From Fastidiosibacter lacustris (GTDB taxonomy: Bacteria; Pseudomonadota; Gammaproteobacteria; Francisellales; Francisellaceae), in NCBI RefSeq assembly GCF_003428155.1, contig NZ_QLIR01000006.1, positions 1 through 32,000 of the forward strand: a DNA stretch of 32,000 nucleotides, in the 5' to 3' direction. Position 1 is the stretch's first letter, and the number at the start of each line of letters is the position of its first letter. This document shows, one piece after another, positions 19,160 to 27,490 of this stretch. Under the pieces are notes generated by a model that was not told where the DNA came from, did no database searches, and worked only from the letters and a program-made list of their open reading frames with translations. The position numbers were made by a program, and so were the translations under genes.

Positions 19160-20344
19160 ATGTTGAAAATGTTTAGAATTATCCTTGATAATCGTGATTA
19201 TAGATACTTTTGGTTTGTTAATTTGGGAAGTAATACAGCTATATGGATGCAAACCATGCTGTTTGGTATTCTTGTATCGCAATTATCAAGTTCTGCATTA
19301 ACTAACTCATTAGTACACGTTGCTGCAACGCTTCCTTTCTTTTTACTATGTTTTATTGCTGGCATTATCGGGGACAGATTTAATCAATATTGGGTTATGT
19401 TAATTTGTCAATGTGCGCTTTCAATTACAGCAGTTGCATGTGCAACAATTGGTTATTTAGGTTTTTTTAACACATTTAATTTAATTGTTATTACGTTTAT
19501 TTTTGCAAGTATTATGAGTTTTAGAATGCCAACCTCAGTTGCATGTGTTGCTTCATTAGTCAGAGTTGATCAAGTTGCGTATGCCTCAGTTTTAAATAAC
19601 CTATGCTTTAATATTTCACGAAGTCTTGGACCTGCTTTAGTAGGAGTGTTATTACTGGTTGTCACTGCTCCTACTATATTTATTCTAAGCACAGTCATTT
19701 TTTTGTTGCCTGTAATTTACTTTTACAGATATAGAAAGAAAAAAAGCCTTACAGTTAGCAGAACCAAAAAACTAGAGGGAATAAGTCAATACATTAAGGA
19801 AAAATATTTCATTTATTGCTGTCTGGATATAATGATAATTATGTTTTCTTCTAGTGCAGTGTTAGCATTGTTACCCTACTTTGTGAAATATAATTTGGGT
19901 GGTGATGAAATTGCACAATCAAACTATATGGCTTGTATTGGATTAGGAGCATTTTCTACGATATTTGTTTTGCCTGTTTTGATTAAACGATTTTCTCGTC
20001 AACAGAATGTATTAATTTGTTATGGTTTAACCATATTTTCAACACTGTCATTTTTATTTTATAAATATGAAGATGAATGGGTAATTGCCATCAACTATTT
20101 TATATGTGGTCTTGCTTGGTCGATGTCAATATCGCTCATAAATGCAATGATTCAAGAACGTTATAGAGGGGAAATTGCAGCAAGGGTTATTGCTGTATAT
20201 TTTATGATGATGTACATAGGACAAGCGGCAGGAAGCTTGTTTTTTGGCGCGATATCTGAGTATTCAATGTTGCTGGCATTTGTAGTTGCATTAAGCATAC
20301 TGGTGCTGAGTATACTTACACGATATATTGGCGTTCGGATTTAA
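19160..20344 (+). CDS. MFS transporter, EntS-like (MFS_3 'transmembrane secretion effector' type) exporter
   Basis: 394-aa multi-TM ORF. It starts at the nucleotide after the ATP-grasp stop. N-terminal pattern RDYRYFWFVNLGSNTAIWMQTMLFGILV ... GIIGDRF matches the EntS/MFS_3 family pattern. Confidence 0.8.
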   Translation: MLKMFRIILDNRDYRYFWFVNLGSNTAIWMQTMLFGILVSQLSSSALTNSLVHVAATLPFFLLCFIAGIIGDRFNQYWVMLICQCALSITAVACATIGYLGFFNTFNLIVITFIFASIMSFRMPTSVACVASLVRVDQVAYASVLNNLCFNISRSLGPALVGVLLLVVTAPTIFILSTVIFLLPVIYFYRYRKKKSLTVSRTKKLEGISQYIKEKYFIYCCLDIMIIMFSSSAVLALLPYFVKYNLGGDEIAQSNYMACIGLGAFSTIFVLPVLIKRFSRQQNVLICYGLTIFSTLSFLFYKYEDEWVIAINYFICGLAWSMSISLINAMIQERYRGEIAARVIAVYFMMMYIGQAAGSLFFGAISEYSMLLAFVVALSILVLSILTRYIGVRI

Positions 20345-20393
20345 GCTTATTGAGACCATAACTGATGCCAGAGCACCTGTGGAAGATTAACTC

Positions 20394-20466
20394 ATAACAG
20401 GTATTAAAAAAAGAAAACCAAAACCAAGAAAAAAGACGATTTGATCAAATACAGATAACAGGTATT
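20394..20466 (+). repeat. 12-bp direct repeat ATAACAGGTATT x2 (61-bp period) upstream of the Rab-like ORF
   Basis: Exact copies at 20394-20405 and 20455-20466. A related GATAACAGGTAT lies at 5633-5644 upstream of the amine oxidase gene. Confidence 0.8.
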
Positions 20467-20537
20467 CTTTTATTTTACGTACTAATATAACATCTTATCC
20501 TTGTTGATTTTTAATTTAAAACATAGGAAAAAATAAA

Positions 20538-21530
20538 ATGAAAAAAGTACTTTTTATACATAACTCATCAAATGAAGATGATAAACAATTAGTTACAAAA
20601 TTAGGTTTTGACAGTCAAAAGCTTCAGACCATCGGGGTTGATTTTGTAAAAAAAAGTGATATGCAAATATGGACAACCGTAGGTGTAGAACGATTTGAAA
20701 CTATATCTCAATCCTATCTTCAAAATACAGCTTTACTTGTTTTTTCGCCTAATATATCCGTTCCCAATGCGGAAGAATATGCTAAAAAAAATTCAGTACC
20801 ATCCTTGCATTTACAAAAAGGTGATCAAAATCTTTCCGGAAATAATCTGATAGAGTTAATGCAAGAGGCGCTTGATCCATTAACAATACAAAAAAACTTA
20901 TCAAATTTTTTACTCAACAAGTCTTATCTAAGCAAAACACACAAAGGTGAACCTCTAATTAAAAACTCTGGACTAATCGCTACAAGTGTTTTGCCATTCC
21001 TAACAAGGCAATCTACTGATAAAAAAATGTTAGCGGAACTTCAAAAGAAAAACCATGAAATTTTAAAAAACGGATCACCAGCCAATAATATTGAACAAAA
21101 ATTAACCAATTTGCTGCAATTTATACACTCACATACTGCCGTGCCAGAAGAGGTCAATAGTCAGTTAAGCACATACACATATAAACTAGAACACGCTGGT
21201 CAAACGTATAATGTGCCATGGAGCGTAATGCAGGCTTACGATCCTAAATCAGCAGGCAATTACGACAGTACAATGGTAATAAACCGATTAAAACAAGATT
21301 TAGCAAAAGTCAATGCTAGTGACATTATTGCACAAAAACTTCTTTCGCCAATGTATGGTGTATTATGGAATAATAAACATGGAGTCTCTACAGAATATAT
21401 AGAAACTCTAAAATCTTCGAATGCACTTTATAAAGAGATAAAATACTCAGATAAAAAAGAAAGTAATAATCACTGTTTTACAATATTTTCAAAAAATAAT
21501 AATAACCAAAATATTGAAAACGTGTGTTAG
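20538..21530 (+). CDS. Hypothetical protein with degenerate Rab-like small-GTPase N-terminus (pseudo-GTPase) and unknown C-terminal region
   Basis: 330-aa ORF with RBS-like AGGAAAAAA upstream. Residues 3-69 align with Rab1-type GTPases: KVLFI(HNSSNEDD), TIGVDF (RabF1, exact), MQIWTTVGVERFETISQSY versus [19 protein letters not shown]. The P-loop GxxxxGKS and DTAGQ are not conserved. No similarity recognised for residues ~110-330. Confidence 0.7.
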   Translation: MKKVLFIHNSSNEDDKQLVTKLGFDSQKLQTIGVDFVKKSDMQIWTTVGVERFETISQSYLQNTALLVFSPNISVPNAEEYAKKNSVPSLHLQKGDQNLSGNNLIELMQEALDPLTIQKNLSNFLLNKSYLSKTHKGEPLIKNSGLIATSVLPFLTRQSTDKKMLAELQKKNHEILKNGSPANNIEQKLTNLLQFIHSHTAVPEEVNSQLSTYTYKLEHAGQTYNVPWSVMQAYDPKSAGNYDSTMVINRLKQDLAKVNASDIIAQKLLSPMYGVLWNNKHGVSTEYIETLKSSNALYKEIKYSDKKESNNHCFTIFSKNNNNQNIENVC

Positions 21531-21584
21531 TACAGATCAGTCTAATGCAAGGTGATTAACAATCGAATATAACTGATACTCAGG

Positions 21585-22787
21585 TTAACTCATCCTCTTA
21601 GTGTTACTGATAATTGCCAAAATTAAACCTATTGCTGTTAAAATAGTACCAACCCAGTTAGGCGAGGTATAACCTAAACCAATTTGAATGGTAAAACCTC
21701 CTAGGAAAACGCCTAAAGCAGTTCCTAAATTAAATGCAGCAATGTTGGCTGCCGAAGCTAAGGTTGGTGCTCCCTCAGCTTTGTTTAGTATGTATTTTTG
21801 TAACGGTGAAACAAGTCCAAAACCAATCGCGCCTAATAAAAATAAAGTAATTGCCGCGGGAATTTTATAATGTGCAGTAAACACAAATATTCCGAGCAAA
21901 ATAGCTAAAGCCGTTAATAAACCATAAATAGTCGTTATCAACGCTTTGTCGGCAGCTCTACCTCCTAAAATATTCCCGATGACTAAGCCAACTCCATATA
22001 TTCCCAGCAGCCAACCTACAGCATAGGGAGTGTAGCCTGCAACATAGAGCATCATCGGCGCCACATAGGCAAAAGATGCCAGTAGTCCGCTAAACCCTAC
22101 CGCTGTGACCAACAATGCCATCCATACCTGTGGACGTTTAAAAACTGCCAACTCGTGTCTTAAACATGTTTTTGGAACAATCGTATGACTTGGAAGAAAT
22201 GCTAAGATACCTATTAAACCAATTACTCCTAATACTGAAATCACCCAAAATGATGAACGCCACCCAAAGTGTTGCCCTAATAACGTCCCCATTGGCACAC
22301 CTATCACATTCGCTAGAGTCAGTCCTGTGAACATTAATGCTATTGCTGTCGCGCTACGATTTGGTCCTACCATGCTTGCAACGACAACTGCTCCAATTCC
22401 AAAAAATGCCCCATGGCAAAATGCTGAGAGAAAGCGTCCAACCATAAGGATAGCAAATGTGGGTGCCAAGGCTGATACTATACTTCCTGTAATAAACAAG
22501 ACCATTAGGGATACGAGTACTTTTTTACGCGAGATATGAAGTGTTCCCGCTGTAAGTAATGGTCCTCCAATTCCAACGCCCAGTGCGTACCCTGATGTCA
22601 CAAACCCTGCAACAGGTATGGTAATATCAAAATCATTTGCTAAATTCGGCAATAATCCTGTCGTTACAAATTCTGTCGTTCCAATGGCAAAAGAACAAAT
22701 TGCCATCATTAACAAAGCCACACCAATTGAATATGATTCCATTTGTAAATCCTCTGATTGGGCTAACATTATTGTCGACTTTGACAT
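21585..22787 (-). CDS. MFS transporter (DHA1, sugar/purine-nucleoside efflux-like)
   Basis: 400-aa ORF, about 12 TM segments. GRFLSAFCHGAFFGIGAVV and FGWRSSFW are typical of the YdhP/AraJ/NepI-like group. Confidence 0.85.
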   Translation of the reverse strand: MSKSTIMLAQSEDLQMESYSIGVALLMMAICSFAIGTTEFVTTGLLPNLANDFDITIPVAGFVTSGYALGVGIGGPLLTAGTLHISRKKVLVSLMVLFITGSIVSALAPTFAILMVGRFLSAFCHGAFFGIGAVVVASMVGPNRSATAIALMFTGLTLANVIGVPMGTLLGQHFGWRSSFWVISVLGVIGLIGILAFLPSHTIVPKTCLRHELAVFKRPQVWMALLVTAVGFSGLLASFAYVAPMMLYVAGYTPYAVGWLLGIYGVGLVIGNILGGRAADKALITTIYGLLTALAILLGIFVFTAHYKIPAAITLFLLGAIGFGLVSPLQKYILNKAEGAPTLASAANIAAFNLGTALGVFLGGFTIQIGLGYTSPNWVGTILTAIGLILAIISNTKRMS

Positions 22788-22809
22788 GAATGACTCCTCT
22801 TTTAGTCAA

Positions 22810-23595
22810 TTACAAAAGTCCTCGAAGTACACCACCGTCTACACGCACAGCGGCACCAGTCGTTGCTGAAGCCTTATATGAGCATAAGTACACAACCATA
22901 TTTGCTACTTCTTCAGCTGAAGTCATGCGACCTAATAATGATGTCGATCTAGCCTGTTTTATAAACTCTCGGCTAGCTTCTTCGAGCGTAAGCGCTGGAT
23001 CTGGCACCATCTCACGAATAAACTTCTCAACACCTTCGCTTAACGTTGGACCGGGTAATACACTGTTGACAGTTACCCCATTGCCAGCCACCGTTTCAGC
23101 AAAACCTCGTGCAATTGCCAATTGCGCTGTTTTCGTCATGCCGTAATGCACCATTTCTGGCGGGATCTGTATGGCAGATTCGCTGGATATAAAAACTACA
23201 CGCCCCCACTGTTGCTCAATCATGTTAGGAATATAATGTCTTGACAGCCTGATACCGCTCATTACGTTAATAGCAAAAAATTTTTCCCATTCAGCATCGC
23301 TTATTTCAAACACAGGTTTTGGTTCAAAAACTCCTGTGTTGTTGATGAGTATGTCTACATGCGGAATTTTTGCGAAAAGTTTCTCACAGCCAGCTGAGGT
23401 GCCAACGTCTGCTGCAATACCACGAACGCGTTCTTGTGTAGAAAATAATGTTACTGCTGCTTCAACTCTTTTATCTGTACGACCATTGATAATAATATCA
23501 GCGCCAGCGTGATGAAGCGCTTTTGCAATAGCAAGTCCTATACCTGCTGTTGACCCGGTGATTAAAGCAATACGTCTGCTCAAGTCGATGATCAT
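22810..23595 (-). CDS. SDR-family oxidoreductase
   Basis: 261-aa ORF. TGSTAGIGLAIA (TGxxxGxG), NNTG, catalytic Ser...YGMTKTA (YxxxK). Confidence 0.9.
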   Translation of the reverse strand: MIIDLSRRIALITGSTAGIGLAIAKALHHAGADIIINGRTDKRVEAAVTLFSTQERVRGIAADVGTSAGCEKLFAKIPHVDILINNTGVFEPKPVFEISDAEWEKFFAINVMSGIRLSRHYIPNMIEQQWGRVVFISSESAIQIPPEMVHYGMTKTAQLAIARGFAETVAGNGVTVNSVLPGPTLSEGVEKFIREMVPDPALTLEEASREFIKQARSTSLLGRMTSAEEVANMVVYLCSYKASATTGAAVRVDGGVLRGLL

Positions 23596-23613
23596 AAAAT
23601 TTCTTCTCCTTAA

Positions 23614-24405
23614 TTAGTATACGACCGGTGTAATTCCACCATCCATGGTGAAATTCGCGCCAGAAATAAAATTAGCTAGATCAGAAGCTAAATAGAGTGC
23701 GAGATAGGCAACCTCTTCTGGTTTACCTAATCGACCAACTGGGATTTTTTGTGCTTCGACATATCTTTGTAATGCTGTCTCACGATCAACACCATATTGT
23801 CTTGCCAAGACATCTGCCAAACCACCCGCTTTATCATAAATTGCTGTTCGTATAAACCCAGGTGATAACACATTAGAACGAACTCCTCTAGCAGTAAATT
23901 CATTGGCGATTGTTTTTGATAGCATCGTAACCGCAGCCTTAGAAACGCTGTAATCAGGTAGTTTCGCATTAGGCATACGCCCAGCCTCAGAAGCCGTATG
24001 TAACAACACTCCTTTGCCTTGTTTCAACATATACGGAATTATGGCTCTTGATGCACGAACATAGCCTAATACGTTCAAATTTAGCGTGGTCAACCACTCT
24101 TCATCCGTAATATTCAAAAATCCAGATCGAGATCCAGCTATCCCCGCATTGTTAAACAATACATCGATTCTATTAAATTCTTTCACAACGTCATCAGTGA
24201 GTTTAGTGACCTGTATCTGATCTGTCATATCAACTTTCATGGGAATAATTTGCCCTAATGCGTGTAACTCATTTAACGCATCTGGATTAATATCTACGCC
24301 AATAACAATAGCACCTTCAGCAAGAAATGCTTTTGCCGAAGCGTAACCAATACCAGAACCAGCCCCAGTGATAATTACTACTTTATTTGTTAGATTAAAA
24401 TCCAT
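23614..24405 (-). CDS. SDR-family oxidoreductase
   Basis: 263-aa ORF. TGAGSGIGYASA, NNAGIAG, catalytic Ser...YSVSKAA (YxxxK). Confidence 0.9.
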   Translation of the reverse strand: MDFNLTNKVVIITGAGSGIGYASAKAFLAEGAIVIGVDINPDALNELHALGQIIPMKVDMTDQIQVTKLTDDVVKEFNRIDVLFNNAGIAGSRSGFLNITDEEWLTTLNLNVLGYVRASRAIIPYMLKQGKGVLLHTASEAGRMPNAKLPDYSVSKAAVTMLSKTIANEFTARGVRSNVLSPGFIRTAIYDKAGGLADVLARQYGVDRETALQRYVEAQKIPVGRLGKPEEVAYLALYLASDLANFISGANFTMDGGITPVVY

Positions 24406-25714
24406 TGTTCGATCCTTGAGCGTGAGTAATCATTTCATTATAGTGAACAACTATCTTGGCATTCTTGGCGACATAATAGTTAGGCGCAGAGTAAGCAATC
24501 GTTGCAAAATCAATTGTACCTCGATTTTTAAAGTCGCCAATTGCGATCCTTGCCACGGATTCATCGGATACCCGCCATTTAGCAAAGACCCCATTTTTTA
24601 TATCGATAGCTTTGTAGTAAAACACACCTTGCCACGGCCATGGACCGCGTAATCCAACCAAGAACTCATCGTCACCATCACCATCAAAATCAGCGCATAG
24701 CACTTGATGACCAGGACCTTCCCCATTTTCATTAGGATCGCCAAAAACATCTAATATTACCCTACTCCATTCAGCATCAGCACCTGGCTTACCATCTGAC
24801 TTGTAATAAACCGCAACTGTATTACCATGGAAAGGCTCAAGTGCAGCGACATACGCAAATGAGTCGTTTCCTATGCGTCCTACATCCATGTCACCTGAAC
24901 CTTTGAAAGATGTTCTTTCAAATTGTGTCAACTCACCAGTGCCAATAAGTTTGCATTGCCATTTTTTAATATTTTCATCGTAGTAAAGCCAAGTAACACC
25001 TTCATCTGAAGCAAGGATAATAGAGTCTAGATTAGAGTTTGGAATAAGCTCTGACTTTATTTCCGCACCATGAATCATTCTAAAACTACTGTGATTGATA
25101 GTTTGCATTGACCATTCTTTAGCAGTATGTACATCGTCAGGTTGTGTGAACATAACTACAGGAAGAACAGCATGTACACTTTCTCTGGCAACAATAGGAA
25201 ATCCCAGAATCTCCAGTCTGTCAGTCTGCGTGAAATGACCAATTCTTAAACGATGCATACCTGTTGTACGACCAACATAGTGTCGTTTCCAACGTTCTTT
25301 TACATCAGCATTTTGACCAGGATTCTCAATCCAATCAATCTTGCCACCTGAGGTATCTGCATCATGTATTGTGCCAACAGGACCATAAAGTTCATAGCAT
25401 ACCAGAATATCTGGATAGCCATTACCTGTTATATCAGCGTAAGCACCACCTACCGGCATTCTAATTTTGTCAACTACTAAATGTTTTTGCCAATCAGGAT
25501 TTTTATACCAGTAGATTTCACCTAAAGTCAAACCGTAGCCAAATAAGTCTATCTTACCGTCTTGGTTTATGTCTAAGGCTTCTAACCAATACCCATCACG
25601 CAAATTCTCTGCTACGATCTCTTTGGTAAATTTAGGCACAAAACCTGCTTTGGTTGCTTGATCGTTTAAAAACTTTGTAAAGTCACCTACTGTTTTATCC
25701 GTTAGTGTTGCCAT
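24395..25714 (-). CDS. Cytoplasmic FG-GAP/VCBS-repeat beta-propeller protein
   Basis: Asp-rich FG-GAP-type loops DINQDGKIDLFGYG, DITGNGYPDILV, CADFDGDGDDEFLVG, IGDFKNRGTIDFA. No signal peptide or TM segment. The ATG at 25714 (MATLTDK) has RBS GGAGAGGAG 8 nt upstream and is preferred over the ORF-track start at 25759. 11-nt overlap with the downstream SDR. Confidence 0.75.
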   Translation of the reverse strand: MATLTDKTVGDFTKFLNDQATKAGFVPKFTKEIVAENLRDGYWLEALDINQDGKIDLFGYGLTLGEIYWYKNPDWQKHLVVDKIRMPVGGAYADITGNGYPDILVCYELYGPVGTIHDADTSGGKIDWIENPGQNADVKERWKRHYVGRTTGMHRLRIGHFTQTDRLEILGFPIVARESVHAVLPVVMFTQPDDVHTAKEWSMQTINHSSFRMIHGAEIKSELIPNSNLDSIILASDEGVTWLYYDENIKKWQCKLIGTGELTQFERTSFKGSGDMDVGRIGNDSFAYVAALEPFHGNTVAVYYKSDGKPGADAEWSRVILDVFGDPNENGEGPGHQVLCADFDGDGDDEFLVGLRGPWPWQGVFYYKAIDIKNGVFAKWRVSDESVARIAIGDFKNRGTIDFATIAYSAPNYYVAKNAKIVVHYNEMITHAQGSNNGF

Positions 25715-25770
25715 TACTTTTTCTCCTCTCCTACTATCTGAATTATTTGAATTCTTCACTACAGCTATAT

Positions 25771-26925
25771 CTATGCTACGCAGTATTGGGTATTTTTGAT
25801 CCCCCCCTCTAGAAGTGATAACACACGCTCTTCAGCCGTGAAAATAGAAGTTAACTTTGATGAGAAAACATGAATAAACCTGTTATGACGTGACTTATCA
25901 CAAAACACCAATAATGGACGAGTGTCACTAAGGTCTCTTACTTTTGTTTTCAGTGCCAAAATATGGTCGATTACTTCAAACTCATCCAAAAAGTGCGGAT
26001 AGAATTTGGCTATGTCCTCAATGATATTATCTGTAACTTCTCTGAGCTGTTTTAATGGCAATCCTTTGTGCAAAGCTTTTCGAGCTTCATCGATATCATT
26101 AAACTGTTGATAACTGGTATATTGAACATGGAATATCTGAAAGAGCTGATGATCTCGATATTTTCTATACTGAAGTGGAATATCTGCATAACCATATGGC
26201 TCTAAGCTTGGATATGTACCATCAAATATTCCAAAGCTTTCGTATGTACGTTCAGTTTTTAATTGCTTAGTTGCCACCAGCAGTGAAAAACATAAATCAA
26301 AATAGTGCTGGTGTTTGCCAGAAATGTACTGAAATGCTTGATTATACGTACAGTTAATAACAAAGTCATAGGGTGTATTATCTACCTGAATTAATTCATC
26401 ATCCAACACTTTCAAATCGTTGACGCGTCTATTTAATTTCAGTCGAACGTTACTTTCATTCAGTGCTCTTTTAAACCAAGCTTTTGCTTTATCAACCAAC
26501 AATATAGCCTCATGCACTCGGAAACCACCTTCAACGTTGGCAAAACCTAGTTCAGTTAGCTGAGAGAATGTGAGTTCTTCAATTTCCAATCCGGTACCCT
26601 TCATAATTGTTTTCATAGTTTTATAATCAATTAGGGTTTTATCATCATTTGCCACACAAAATATTTTTGAGTTGTGTGAAGCATAACTAACTAAATTTGG
26701 ATAATGAGCGATGAATCTTGCTTCATCAATCTTGCACATTTCTCTCGTAACTCCTGAGCGAGGGTAGTGATATCCTTTATGAATTCGGTAAGAATTATGT
26801 GTGGATGCTCCAGAAAAAATATCATCCGCCATGTCATATAAATCTATTGAAAATCCTTTCGCCCTTAAGGAAAGCGCTAAATGACAGCCATATATTCCAG
26901 CACCAATAATTGCCATTCTCATCAT
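25771..26925 (-). CDS. FAD-dependent oxidoreductase (DAO-like)
   Basis: 384-aa ORF. N-terminal MRMAIIGAGIYGCHLALSL ... DLYD dinucleotide fold, then GASTHNSYRIHKGYHY. RBS GGAGGA 5 nt upstream. Confidence 0.8.
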   Translation of the reverse strand: MMRMAIIGAGIYGCHLALSLRAKGFSIDLYDMADDIFSGASTHNSYRIHKGYHYPRSGVTREMCKIDEARFIAHYPNLVSYASHNSKIFCVANDDKTLIDYKTMKTIMKGTGLEIEELTFSQLTELGFANVEGGFRVHEAILLVDKAKAWFKRALNESNVRLKLNRRVNDLKVLDDELIQVDNTPYDFVINCTYNQAFQYISGKHQHYFDLCFSLLVATKQLKTERTYESFGIFDGTYPSLEPYGYADIPLQYRKYRDHQLFQIFHVQYTSYQQFNDIDEARKALHKGLPLKQLREVTDNIIEDIAKFYPHFLDEFEVIDHILALKTKVRDLSDTRPLLVFCDKSRHNRFIHVFSSKLTSIFTAEERVLSLLEGGIKNTQYCVA

Positions 26926-27258
26926 AACAGTCCTCCATAAACTTGATCAAAGGTTTACTATTTGTCTGTTTTAAATTGTAACACTTAGATTTAGGTCGCA
27001 ATCACATAATACATCAATTCTCTCTCCTGTAGTTATAACTCCTATCTTAATATATCGTTTGAGTAGCGCTTTCTCCCATATTGGATAATCGCTTAGTTAA
27101 CAACAATCTTAATTATAATCAAGCGACAAAGATGAGTACTATTTGTTAGAAATTTTATTGCAAAGAATTTACTTAATCATCAGTGAAAAAAATTATATCT
27201 TTACGGTGGTATTTTGTTGTTATTATATTGTTATCTGGATTTTTTTGGATCGTATATT

Positions 27259-27471
27259 ATGAACTTGGAACACAGAATTCTAATCGCTTTATTTAAAAAG
27301 CGAACAATGTCATTGAGTGAATTAAGAAGAAGTTTTCATAGAGTGAAACTCTCTGATAGAGATGTTGCACTGAGTACTTTACATGAGCAAGGATATATAA
27401 TTTGCGAACGCAGTCTAAGCAAAACGAGTAGCAAGATCATAACCATTTACAGAATATCTAATATGTATTAG
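27259..27471 (+). CDS. Small (70-aa) possible winged-helix DNA-binding protein
   Basis: The first ATG of the 27214 (TTG) ORF is at 27259. RILIALFKKRTMSLSELRRSF ... LHEQGYIICE ... ITIYRIS resembles a MarR/PadR-like wHTH. Weak RBS and no family recognised. Confidence 0.35.
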   Translation: MNLEHRILIALFKKRTMSLSELRRSFHRVKLSDRDVALSTLHEQGYIICERSLSKTSSKIITIYRISNMY

Positions 27472-27490
27472 TCTAGATATAATCTGACAT

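Noticed and set aside
21688-23146. Plus-strand ORFs 21688-21870, 22327-22539, 22618-22869 and 22790-23146 (up to 118 aa)
   Set aside because: They are antisense to the MFS and SDR genes in a locally GC-richer block, where long shadow ORFs are expected. There are no motifs or RBS.
23727-25464. ORFs 23727-23969 (-), 24368-24652 (+) and 25264-25464 (+)
   Set aside because: They are alternative-frame or antisense ORFs inside the SDR and FG-GAP genes.
25801-25807. C7 (G7 on the coding strand) homopolymer near the 3' end of the FAD oxidoreductase gene
   Set aside because: The frame is intact (LEGGIKN) and only the last 12 codons would be affected. There is no evidence for phase variation.
27108-27119. 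CTTAATTATAAT, resembling one half of the Legionella PmrA-type direct-repeat site
   Set aside because: Only a single half-site is present, in very AT-rich DNA, with no second repeat at the expected spacing.
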